Program-made: the position numbers and the translations under genes
From: Candidatus Hermodarchaeum yapensis
GTDB taxonomy: Archaea; Asgardarchaeota; Hermodarchaeia; Hermodarchaeales; Hermodarchaeaceae
Direction: 5' to 3'
Length of the DNA stretch: 51,649 bases
NCBI GenBank assembly: GCA_016840405.1
Contig: JAEOSK010000019.1
Location: 1-51,649, forward strand
Notes under the pieces: generated by a model
Told to the model about the DNA's origin: nothing
Databases searched by the model: none
What the model saw: only the letters and a program-made list of their open reading frames with translations
In this document: piece after piece, positions 16,417 through 25,313 of the stretch
Layout: every line of letters begins with the position of its first letter
Numbering within the stretch: position 1 is the stretch's first letter

Positions 16417-16575
16417 ATGGTAGATATCAAATCATTTGTAATTAGGCATCGTCCCGTCCTGATGGCTTCAATTATTCTCATCGCACTATTCACTCTTCAA
16501 CTGTTCCTCGTTCACATTGGTCTACTCCCAGGAATCCTGGCTGATCCTGGAAACAATCCACCACCATGGCATTAA
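16417..16575 (+). CDS. Unannotated 52-aa membrane/secreted peptide MVDIKSFVIRHRPVLMASIILIALFTLQLFLVHIGLLPGILADPGNNPPPWH
   Basis: ATG-to-TAA ORF below the 60-aa cutoff of the ORF track. Basic N-region, hydrophobic core, Pro-rich C-tail, promoter at canonical spacing. Confidence 0.7.
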   Translation: MVDIKSFVIRHRPVLMASIILIALFTLQLFLVHIGLLPGILADPGNNPPPWH

Positions 16576-16624
16576 TTCTCAGAAACATAGCATTTGACGA
16601 TCTCTTCACGATCAGCCCGATTGG

Positions 16625-17569
16625 TTGGGTCACAGGTTAAAATCGAAAGAAGGGAATACATTGCCAATGGGTGCGGTACTGCTCGAATTTGATGTGAAAA
16701 TGGGTCCGATCTTCAAATTTGCTGTCCCTAGCACACTTGAAGTTACACAAGATGAAACCATGGTCTTATTCGGAACCCGATCGGTAGTAGAGGAAGGATT
16801 CACAGGACTCACAGTCAAGGATCGCACTTGGGTAACCTATCTGAATCCCCCTTACCTTTATTGTATTCTGTTGAATCCCATGGAACATCAAGGTGAATTT
16901 GAAGAAGCCATGAAGTCCACGTTGAGTAAAGTTGAATATGATATAAACATTGACCAAGCAAAGCTTATGGAACTTTATCATGACATCCTTTCAAAGACTG
17001 AAGTTCAACTACAGGACCAATTAAGTTCACGACCTGATGTTCAAAAGTTATTAGAAGCGCTCAAAGAGAATCCCGATTCCTTTCGTCCAACTTGGTCTCT
17101 TAAAACTGGCTATCGATATCCTGCAGCTGAAAAAATAACTGGAAAATCAACCAAGGAAACGAATGGCCTTTTAGTTACAATGATGTCTGCAAATATTATT
17201 CAGGGACGAATTTGTGGGAATATTGTGGTTTGTCCTTCCTGTACTTCACACCGAGTTATTCTCCATGCCAGTTGTCCTCAATGTGGCCTTCCAACTCTAG
17301 AATCAGGGATCGCTCTTGAACACTTCGTTTGTAATTATACTGCCTTTATTGAAGCTTTTGCCACACCCTCAGGTCTTGTTTGTCCGCATTGCAAATCTTA
17401 CCTCTCACCAGGAACCTACCGCTCTCCAGGCAAAGTCTTCCACTGTATCACTTGTAATAGCTATCCCAAAACACCTGAATACACACTTGGATGCATCGAT
17501 TGCAAAGAGGCCTTTTCACCTGAAATTGCAAAATTTACTCCCATCTATTGCTATACTGCTCTCAAATAA
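16625..17569 (+). CDS. Longin/uDENN-like N-terminal domain fused to a TackOD1-like Zn-ribbon domain; start probably 16661 or 16667
   Basis: N-terminal 'AVLLEFDVKMGP' (F-D-x3-G-P longin/uDENN motif). C-terminal GYRYP plus six CxxC/HxxC pairs, homologous to 9402-10616. Confidence 0.75.
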   Translation: MGHRLKSKEGNTLPMGAVLLEFDVKMGPIFKFAVPSTLEVTQDETMVLFGTRSVVEEGFTGLTVKDRTWVTYLNPPYLYCILLNPMEHQGEFEEAMKSTLSKVEYDINIDQAKLMELYHDILSKTEVQLQDQLSSRPDVQKLLEALKENPDSFRPTWSLKTGYRYPAAEKITGKSTKETNGLLVTMMSANIIQGRICGNIVVCPSCTSHRVILHASCPQCGLPTLESGIALEHFVCNYTAFIEAFATPSGLVCPHCKSYLSPGTYRSPGKVFHCITCNSYPKTPEYTLGCIDCKEAFSPEIAKFTPIYCYTALK

Positions 17570-17657
17570 TTGATCCAGCGAAAAAAGTGGATTAAGGAAC
17601 TCTTCTGTCCAGTAGGCTGTTCGCAGATTGTCCTAACTTAAACCAGTAGCAGATTGG

Positions 17658-17849
17658 TTACTTAAGGACAATTGCTTCTTCAGCACAGTTTTCCACACAA
17701 CTTTCACAGTCGACGCAAGCGTCAGGATCTGTGACCTTAGAGAGATTATCTTCTAAGGTGAAACATTCACTGGGGCAAACATCAACGCAGGTTCCACAGC
17801 CAGTGCATTTTGATTCATCTACAACTGGTGGCATGATTTCTTTTTCCAT
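17658..17849 (-). CDS. 2x[4Fe-4S] ferredoxin (start may be ATG 17834)
   Basis: CTGCGTCVDVCP and CVDCESCVENCA motifs. Confidence 0.95.
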   Translation of the reverse strand: MEKEIMPPVVDESKCTGCGTCVDVCPSECFTLEDNLSKVTDPDACVDCESCVENCAEEAIVLK

Positions 17850-18006
17850 CCTTGATTTTCTGATCCTCGATCCCCGCTGAATCGGGGTTTAAGGATGCCG
17901 TTTTCAACATAGCTTCAGTATTTTAACTGTTACACTCGGTCAAAGTTTCCTGATACGTAAGCATAATAAGAACCGTGGGGACAACTCCCTACCTCGACTA
18001 TTTTGT

Positions 18007-18417
18007 ATGGAGATGATTATGATACCGTCAAAACCCGAACGGGTGTTTACCAAGGATGCTCCAAAACCAGTTGGTCCGTATAGTCAGGCTATTCGGGCCG
18101 GTGATTTTCTTTTCGTTGCAGGTCAGGTGCCCTTTAATCCAGCAACGAATGAAATGGTGACAGGATCAATTGCCGAGTCAGCGGAGCAGTGCATGAAAAA
18201 TATCAAAGCGATTCTCAATGCTGCGGGTGCCAGTCTTTTGGATATTGTGCGAACCACGATTTACTTGACCAAAATTGAAGATTTTGGCGATGTTAACGAA
18301 GCCTACAGTCATTTCTTTGATTTGAATCCGCCAGCTCGAACAACGATTGGTGTCGCGGCCCTTCCCGCAGGCGCTCCTATTGAGATCGATGTTATCGCAT
18401 ATTCTCCGAAGAAATGA
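18007..18417 (+). CDS. ridA: RidA/YjgF reactive intermediate deaminase
   Basis: AP.PVGPYSQA, VAGQ, VNEAY..FF, PPARTTIGV..LP....EID motifs. Confidence 0.92.
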   Translation: MEMIMIPSKPERVFTKDAPKPVGPYSQAIRAGDFLFVAGQVPFNPATNEMVTGSIAESAEQCMKNIKAILNAAGASLLDIVRTTIYLTKIEDFGDVNEAYSHFFDLNPPARTTIGVAALPAGAPIEIDVIAYSPKK

Positions 18418-18476
18418 ATTCTACATTCTGGGAATAACGTCTAGACTTATATCACAACAGGTTTGCATGCTATAGC

Positions 18477-19568
18477 ATGACGCGTCTACACACGGAACTC
18501 TGCGACCTCCTCGAGATACCGACACCGATAATTCAAGGTGGAATGGGACCCTACAAGACAGAAGATCTGGCCATTGCTGCTACCAATGCTGGTGCGCTAG
18601 GTATGATTAGCAGTATAGGGATGGCTGCAACCCTTCTCCCTGAAGCCGCACCTCTGGATGCAAAGCGAATCTTTGGTGATGATCCACCTGCAATAATATT
18701 ACAGAAGTCCATTGAGACCGTGGCTAAACGTACCCAATCCACTGGGGGCATCTTTGGTGTGAATGTTCCCGTTTCAGCAGAGTTCCTTCCCGCCTCTGAA
18801 CTGTTCGTCAAGCAAGTCATTGAAGCACGAAATGCTGATTCTAATATTGAAAAACGATTACGGGTGCTCATCACTTCCGCTGGCAATCCCACTCCTTGGG
18901 GTGATGTGAAGAAACATGGGCTGATATGGATGCACGTTGTTCCATCAGTCTACCATGCTAAGAAGGCAGAACGAGCTGGATGTGACGTGATCATTGCATC
19001 CGGGCATGAAGGAGGCGCCCACGTCTCATGGGAACCTGTACATTCCATGGTCCTCGTCCCTGCAGTAGTTCGTGCCGTGCAAACACCCGTGGTTGCTGCC
19101 GGTGGTTTTTGTGATGGACAAACCCTGGCGGCCGCATTATGCCTAGGCGCAATTGGAATCCAAATGGGCACCCGTTTCATCGCCACCAAAGAAAGCGATT
19201 TTGAACCCATATGGAAGCAGGCGATACTTGACCGAGAAGAACGCCAAACCCTGGTAGGCCGAGGATTATTCGGTCCCATGCGATTCCTCCGAAATAGGCG
19301 GGCAGAGATGCTAGTGGAACAAACACTCGAAGACGTGCCAAATTTCTACCTTGGTTCTCCTGTGGAATCCAATGAAACCATCCTTGATTTAGAAAGAGCA
19401 GGTTTTCTGGACCTCCTCGATCAGAAAATGGACAAAGCACTGATGTTCGCAGGCGAAGTGACCGGTCGAATCCAAGACCTTCCGACAGTCTCCGAGCTTA
19501 TCACCTCCGTCATATCAGAGGCTGAATCCGTTCTAAACGAATTATCAACAAAATTCCTAAAATCCTAA
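18477..19568 (+). CDS. Nitronate monooxygenase / FabK-like FMN enoyl reductase
   Basis: PIIQGGM, GHEGGAH, VVAAGG..DG and GIQMGTRFIAT.E motifs. Confidence 0.9.
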   Translation: MTRLHTELCDLLEIPTPIIQGGMGPYKTEDLAIAATNAGALGMISSIGMAATLLPEAAPLDAKRIFGDDPPAIILQKSIETVAKRTQSTGGIFGVNVPVSAEFLPASELFVKQVIEARNADSNIEKRLRVLITSAGNPTPWGDVKKHGLIWMHVVPSVYHAKKAERAGCDVIIASGHEGGAHVSWEPVHSMVLVPAVVRAVQTPVVAAGGFCDGQTLAAALCLGAIGIQMGTRFIATKESDFEPIWKQAILDREERQTLVGRGLFGPMRFLRNRRAEMLVEQTLEDVPNFYLGSPVESNETILDLERAGFLDLLDQKMDKALMFAGEVTGRIQDLPTVSELITSVISEAESVLNELSTKFLKS

Positions 19569-19580
19569 CAACATCAGATG

Positions 19581-20999
19581 TTAAAGTCCTGACCCTTTAA
19601 ATTGCTGGGTCCGGTGCCAACGTAAATGCGCCTCGAGTTTATCCTTCGGCACAAAGCGCTGACAAAGCCGGCATTTCACAAATCCCTTCGACACCATTTC
19701 AAGAGCATATCTCCTACGTCGAAGGTCAGCCACTCGACCAATGTAATCGGCTAGCGCAAAGATAAGAAACGTAGCTGGTAAAAACAGAAATGCTGGGAGC
19801 AATACTGTTGAACTCGCTCGCATTGTCCGATCCCCCTCATTCGGAATTGATAACACCACTGTAGTTGGGTCGTTGACGAGGATAATCTCTGTCCCAACAC
19901 GGTTGAAATCAAAATTCGATACTACAATTTCAGTCGGCGGTTCAATGGGATTCCACACAATCCACGGCTGTCGGATTGCACTAGTGTAAGAAAATCCCAC
20001 TAAAATAGGTCGATAGGTTTCGAACACGAATCCGCTCCCGAGAATCTCCAGCCCAGGGATAAACGGGTCGATATCCCCTATCTCCACCGCGTCCATTCCT
20101 GAACCCATAAGGTTACTATCCCATAGTAATTCGGACCTCCAGCGTCCCCCCTCATAGTAGAGCGTTACTATCTCATGGTCCATCACGAAAGCGATTTCTG
20201 AGCTTCTCGTAGAAGGAATGACATTTCCCACAGCTATTGATCGAATGAGATATCCATAGGGATAGAGTTCTTCCGATTCCCAAAGACCTCCACTGTAAGT
20301 AAGAGAAAATACTCCGGTGACGAATCCTGCGGTCACAATTTCATCGCCTGGCTCAGTTATGTTCACATCACCAGTATCCACACAATACAATGGATTTGAA
20401 ACCACCGCAACTTGGTTAATCTGCCAGGTCACATTATTCAAGCGGTCAACAACATAGACCCGCCCAGTGGCTGTACTAGTCGTCGAATTGAAAAGCTCAC
20501 CAACGATAGCCACCTCAAAGGAGGTTGAATTGGCAATAATCTGCCCTGATGCCATATCATTGGTTGTCCACACAGGAGCTGTCCACGGTAAATACCCTAT
20601 CACTTCTGAAGTCCAACCACCCCCGTTCTCGGCAATCAAAATGAGCATTCCACTTTCTGATACAACAATGAGTTCGTCACCTTTCTGGTCTCCATCAAAG
20701 TCACCAATACTCATGGTCACCAATGGATCGTTTTCCCAATTTGACTTCGAATATACGGTCTCATCCCACGAAAGGGTTGTCAGACCACCAATCACATTAA
20801 CATGAGACGGAGTAAGAAAAGCCATTTCAAGACCTGGCTCAACTACATCTAACTCGCCTACCACAACTTGGCCTGCTTCCATCGTTGAGTACCCAGTCAT
20901 GACGTATCGGTCTCGAAGTCCAATCCAGTTTGTAGTAAACAGTATGATAATCAGGACCAGCCAAATGACAAACAGGTAGGTCTTGCGGAAGCGAACCAC
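19581..20999 (-). CDS. Membrane protein: N-terminal signal anchor, 7 FG-GAP-like repeats, TM helix and C-terminal C2H2 Zn finger
   Basis: Repeats such as IGDFDGDQKGDELIV, TGDVNITEPGDEIVT and IGDIDPFIPGLEILG; TM 'VLLPAFLFLPATFLIFALA'; CRLC...HLRWH. Confidence 0.75.
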   Translation of the reverse strand: MVRFRKTYLFVIWLVLIIILFTTNWIGLRDRYVMTGYSTMEAGQVVVGELDVVEPGLEMAFLTPSHVNVIGGLTTLSWDETVYSKSNWENDPLVTMSIGDFDGDQKGDELIVVSESGMLILIAENGGGWTSEVIGYLPWTAPVWTTNDMASGQIIANSTSFEVAIVGELFNSTTSTATGRVYVVDRLNNVTWQINQVAVVSNPLYCVDTGDVNITEPGDEIVTAGFVTGVFSLTYSGGLWESEELYPYGYLIRSIAVGNVIPSTRSSEIAFVMDHEIVTLYYEGGRWRSELLWDSNLMGSGMDAVEIGDIDPFIPGLEILGSGFVFETYRPILVGFSYTSAIRQPWIVWNPIEPPTEIVVSNFDFNRVGTEIILVNDPTTVVLSIPNEGDRTMRASSTVLLPAFLFLPATFLIFALADYIGRVADLRRRRYALEMVSKGFVKCRLCQRFVPKDKLEAHLRWHRTQQFKGSGL

Positions 21000-21099
21000 T
21001 CAGCGTCACCCTCACACCGTTAGTTATTACAACAAAGTTCAGCCTTAAATACTCTCATCTTGGGGATTTAAAATGAAGTAAGATGAACTCATCCTAGCT

Positions 21100-21990
21100 T
21101 CACTTCTTGAGTGCTTTTTCAAAGAATCCTTTCGATGGATGGTTAATCTCATCAATTTGACTTGTATCATGGTAGACATAAGCGCAAAATGGATCTCCTT
21201 TAGCAATTGTTTCCCTTAGAGTTAGTTCAAAATTCTTGTTCCACATTCTCGCTAATGGGATATGACAGTAACAGGATATGGCGAATAACAAATCTCCATC
21301 AAGTTCTTGTAAGTCATCTAAGGTCTGTACTTTTTCACAATTTTTGCAAATCTTAATCCATCGTCCCTCCTCTACTTCACTCATTACTCGAACTCTGCCA
21401 AAAGGGCCATTCTGTGTGAAACGAATAAACCTCTCTCGCATATCTTCAAGATCTTTGAAGATATTGATCTGTTGTGAATCATAAGTCGCCACATAATTAT
21501 CGACGATTTCTTCGAAGACGTTTATGGCATTCTCTTTTCCAGTTATGTCAACTAGCGTCATCAAGTAGAGGTAATCAAGATCTGTTGCAGGTTGGAAAAA
21601 ATTACCGGCAGGAATGGTGATTTCCTTTTTCGTTCTATAATCTGCAGCGGAAATGTTTAGTGTATTAACAAATATATTTAGATGTTTAATAACTAAATCT
21701 TGATTTTCTGAAAGAAATTCACATTGAGCTATTCTTTCTATTATTTCTTCAGATTTATTTGTGTAATGCTCTTTGTGTGGCTTTCCTTTAATTTTACTAG
21801 TTATTTTTTGAATCAATTCGCTATAAAGACTTGAATAGTTCTCCTTGAGGTAACCATAAAAATTGCTTAATTCTCTGAAGAAATTACTTTCAATGAATTC
21901 AAATGGGATGAAAGTCATTTCAAGATTTGGAACTTCCTTTCCAAATTCTTCAAATTTCATATGCAAAACCTCGCAGTTGGATAATTTCAT
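21100..21990 (-). CDS. L-2-amino-thiazoline-4-carboxylate hydrolase-like (V4R-related) protein; start probably ATG 21963
   Basis: C-terminal C...C..H.....WN..FELTLRETIAKGDPFCAY motif; visibly AT-rich gene. Confidence 0.7.
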   Translation of the reverse strand: MKLSNCEVLHMKFEEFGKEVPNLEMTFIPFEFIESNFFRELSNFYGYLKENYSSLYSELIQKITSKIKGKPHKEHYTNKSEEIIERIAQCEFLSENQDLVIKHLNIFVNTLNISAADYRTKKEITIPAGNFFQPATDLDYLYLMTLVDITGKENAINVFEEIVDNYVATYDSQQINIFKDLEDMRERFIRFTQNGPFGRVRVMSEVEEGRWIKICKNCEKVQTLDDLQELDGDLLFAISCYCHIPLARMWNKNFELTLRETIAKGDPFCAYVYHDTSQIDEINHPSKGFFEKALKK

Positions 21991-22172
21991 TCAAAATACG
22001 GTATTCTTTCAAAGATGGTGTTTACGGGTGAAATGCTATTCCTTAAATACTCTCCACAATGGGCATTCAACTCAAAGGGCATCTCTCGTCGTTAAGTCCA
22101 TTCCTAGAAACAATGATAAATCACCCCCCTCTATCCCTGACCCAGTTTTGGATGGCATAGTGGTGATACAAT

Positions 22173-22748
22173 TTGATCAAAGGTAAACAGGTGACACTTC
22201 GTGGTTTCGAACTCAAAGATGCTGAAACGATACTTGCCCACTTCAACGACCTTGAACTCCGACAATTCCTTGGGCATCCACTTCCCGTGTCAAAGCAAGA
22301 AGAAGAAGAGTGGATTCGAAGAACGTGGGAAGCCCGACAAAAGGGAACAGAATACACCTTCGGCATTGAAGAGAACAACAAGGGATTACTCGTCGGTTCA
22401 TGTAGTTTGTTTGATGTTCATTCTATCAATCGCAATGCTGAATTGGGTATCGCCATTTGGAACAAATCATTATGGGACAAGGGAATTGGTTCTGAAGCCA
22501 TTCAACTGATATGCAGCTATGGCTTTTACCTTATCAACTTGCACAGCATCTTTCTCCGGGTTCATGATTTTAACAAACGAGCCATCCGCGTTTATGAAAA
22601 ACTTGGATTCCAACATGTGGCCCGAAAACGTGAAGCGGTTTTTATTGATGGAAAATACCACGATGTTCATGTAATGGATATTCTCGAGGATGAATTCCGT
22701 AAACTTCACCCTCCAGCACCTCCATTCATTGCGGCCACGGGTGAGTAA
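22173..22748 (+). CDS. GNAT N-acetyltransferase, RimJ/RimL family
   Basis: AELGIAI...WDKGIGSEA and V..FNKRAIRVYEKLGF motifs. Confidence 0.92.
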   Translation: MIKGKQVTLRGFELKDAETILAHFNDLELRQFLGHPLPVSKQEEEEWIRRTWEARQKGTEYTFGIEENNKGLLVGSCSLFDVHSINRNAELGIAIWNKSLWDKGIGSEAIQLICSYGFYLINLHSIFLRVHDFNKRAIRVYEKLGFQHVARKREAVFIDGKYHDVHVMDILEDEFRKLHPPAPPFIAATGE

Positions 22749-22749
22749 T

Positions 22750-23283
22750 GTGCTTGAAGGGAAATCAGTCTGCCTCCGCGGATTCGAACTTGCAGACGCT
22801 TCGAAAATATTGGAACACTTCAATGATATTGAAATCCGACGCTTCATGGATATGCCTGCTCCGCATTCCCAAGAACAAGAAGAACAGTGGATTCGCAATA
22901 CATGGGACGCCCGTAAAATCGGTCGATGTCATTACTATGCCATTGAACATAAACAATCTACACAACTCATCGGAGGCTGTGGACTCTTCAGCATTGAAAA
23001 AATCAATAGACGCGGAGAACTCATGATCATCCTCTACAACAAAGAATATTGGGGACAAGGATTTGGCACCGAAGCCCTCCAACTGCTCCTCCAATTCGGT
23101 TTCAAACACATTAATCTCAAAACCATCTACCTTTACACTCATGACACGAATAAACGCGCTCAACGAGTTTATGAAAAACTGGGGTTCAAACCCGGCGGGC
23201 GACGCCGCCAGGCTTCGTACTTCGAAGGAACCTACCATGACCTGCTCTACTACGATTTACTAGCTTCTGAATTTTTGGATTAG
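22750..23283 (+). CDS. GNAT N-acetyltransferase, RimJ/RimL family (tandem paralog)
   Basis: GTG 22750 follows SD GGTGA and aligns with the start of the upstream paralog (LEGKSVCLRGFEL vs IKGKQVTLRGFEL); YWGQGFGTEA and NKRAQRVYEKLGF motifs. Confidence 0.9.
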   Translation: MLEGKSVCLRGFELADASKILEHFNDIEIRRFMDMPAPHSQEQEEQWIRNTWDARKIGRCHYYAIEHKQSTQLIGGCGLFSIEKINRRGELMIILYNKEYWGQGFGTEALQLLLQFGFKHINLKTIYLYTHDTNKRAQRVYEKLGFKPGGRRRQASYFEGTYHDLLYYDLLASEFLD

Positions 23284-23284
23284 A

Positions 23285-24070
23285 CTAGGCCTCTGCTCGT
23301 GCAAAGAGAACGGTTCCAACGGCAATCATCGCGAGTGTAAAACCTACAATGACGCCAAGGGCAATGAAGAGTCCAAAGGGTCCCAGAATTGGTGTAATGG
23401 TTCCCACTAGACAGAATCGCAACAATTCCACTCCATAAAAGAGTGGATCACCGAGCATCACAATCTGAAGCGGTAATGGTGCAGTCTCAATCGGGAAGAA
23501 AACCCCTGATAACATGAATAGGGGCCACATCACGAAGGTAGTAATCAATTGGAAGGCATGGAAATCCGTGAGGGCTGAGCCAATTGCTACACCCAATCCA
23601 ACGAACCCCGCAGTAATCAAGAGCATGACACCAACTGCACCAAACACACCTAAGGCGAATCGAAAATCAATCACGTATGCGCCAAGAAGTGTTGAAATCA
23701 CTAATATCAGAAAACCCTGAATCGATGCCGTCAATGCCCCACCAAAGATCTTACCACTAATGATACTGGTTCGACTCACAGGAGCCACAAGCATCTCTTT
23801 GAAGAATCCAAATTGCCGATCGAAAATAACTGAAACTCCTGAAAACACAGACGCAAACAGAAGGCTCATCGCAATAATTCCGGGGGCAATATAGGTGAGG
23901 TAACTACCTCCAAGGGCTCCCCCGAATAAACCTCCAATTCCAAAGCCGAGTATAAGCAGGAAGAAAAAGCTCTGGGCAATGGAGGCGATGAGTCTAGGTT
24001 TCGCCCTCCAGAAACGTTTCAATTCACGAAGTAACACAACATAGATTGCTTGACCTGAAATTGGTTCCAT
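23285..24070 (-). CDS. ABC-2 type permease (DrrB-like)
   Basis: DRQFGFFKEMLVAPVSR..I..GK and LSGVFFP motifs, 6 TM. Confidence 0.93.
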   Translation of the reverse strand: MEPISGQAIYVVLLRELKRFWRAKPRLIASIAQSFFFLLILGFGIGGLFGGALGGSYLTYIAPGIIAMSLLFASVFSGVSVIFDRQFGFFKEMLVAPVSRTSIISGKIFGGALTASIQGFLILVISTLLGAYVIDFRFALGVFGAVGVMLLITAGFVGLGVAIGSALTDFHAFQLITTFVMWPLFMLSGVFFPIETAPLPLQIVMLGDPLFYGVELLRFCLVGTITPILGPFGLFIALGVIVGFTLAMIAVGTVLFARAEA

Positions 24071-24087
24071 CTTTCATATCACCTCTA

Positions 24088-25308
24088 TTAACGGGGAGTT
24101 CTACCTCCACGGGCTTGTCGCATAGTCCGAAATCGTCGAAACATACTCATCATGCTCCCCTGTTCATCACGGATTCTGCGTCCTGTAACTGAGAGAAAGA
24201 CATCATCCAAGGACGGTTTGTTCATCGTAACAGACGCAAGCTCGATGCCCACCTTATCAACTCTCTTAATGATTTCAGGTAAACGTTTACTCGCATCATC
24301 TACTAGCAGGTGAATATTTCGAAAACTCCGCATGAGTCCTCCATGCTCAGCCATCATTTTCATAGCCTCGGTTATCTTCTCTGGATCCTTCGGCATCGAC
24401 GGATGACCTCCGCCACCACCTCCGCCCATGGCAGGCATCATCTCGCCTCCACCTCCACCCATACTTCGCATCATTTGTATCATGCTAGACATTCCAGCTT
24501 GACTGTTCTCACCAGACACTGGAATTGCACTATTAACCCAATCGATTTCATTGAGGATTGGAAGCATTTTTTGTGCTTCCGCTGTTTCCTTGAAAGTAAG
24601 TCCGACGATATCGCCTTCAAGTGTAGCTTTCAGATTATCAGGAGTGTCAAGCGCGACGATTTTCCCAAAATCAATAATCTGAATCCTATCACAGAGATGG
24701 TCGGCTTCTTCAGTATAATGGGTAGTGAGAATGATTGTAACGTTATGTTCTTGGTTGAGTTTCTGGATGTAGTCCCAGATGGCCCGACGGGTTTGGGGGT
24801 CAAGCCCTAGAGTTGGTTCGTCCAAGAACAGCACTTTGGGATAATGTAGGAGACCCCGGGCGATTTCAAGTCGACGTTTCATGCCACCACTATATGTTTT
24901 CACATACGCATCAGCACGATCCGTCAATTGGACAACTTCAAGAATTTCGGCAATTCGTTCTTCACGTTCCTTCTTACTCAGTCCATACAATCGTCCATGA
25001 AAATCAAGGTTCTCACGACCAGTTAATTCAATATCAAGAGTTGGATCCTGAAATACAAATCCAATGCTTCGTCGAACCGAATCCGGGTCTTCATGAATAT
25101 CAAATCCGTTGACTGAAGCTGTTCCATTTGTGGGTCGTAATATTGTCGCGAGCATATTGAGGGTCGTTGTTTTCCCTGCACCATTTGGTCCTAGAAATCC
25201 AAAGATTTCACCCTCTTCCACTGTGAACGAAATATTGTCCACAGCTGTCACCTCGCCGTTAAAAACTCTGGTGAGTTCTTTCACTTCTATAATGCTAATC
25301 TTCTTCAC
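24088..25308 (-). CDS. ABC ATPase, DrrA family, with Met/Gly-rich insertion
   Basis: GPNGAGKTT, YSGGMKRRLE, LFLDEPTLGLD and PSLDDVFL..TG motifs. Confidence 0.93.
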   Translation of the reverse strand: MKKISIIEVKELTRVFNGEVTAVDNISFTVEEGEIFGFLGPNGAGKTTTLNMLATILRPTNGTASVNGFDIHEDPDSVRRSIGFVFQDPTLDIELTGRENLDFHGRLYGLSKKEREERIAEILEVVQLTDRADAYVKTYSGGMKRRLEIARGLLHYPKVLFLDEPTLGLDPQTRRAIWDYIQKLNQEHNVTIILTTHYTEEADHLCDRIQIIDFGKIVALDTPDNLKATLEGDIVGLTFKETAEAQKMLPILNEIDWVNSAIPVSGENSQAGMSSMIQMMRSMGGGGGEMMPAMGGGGGGGHPSMPKDPEKITEAMKMMAEHGGLMRSFRNIHLLVDDASKRLPEIIKRVDKVGIELASVTMNKPSLDDVFLSVTGRRIRDEQGSMMSMFRRFRTMRQARGGRTPR

Positions 25309-25313
25309 TTCTC

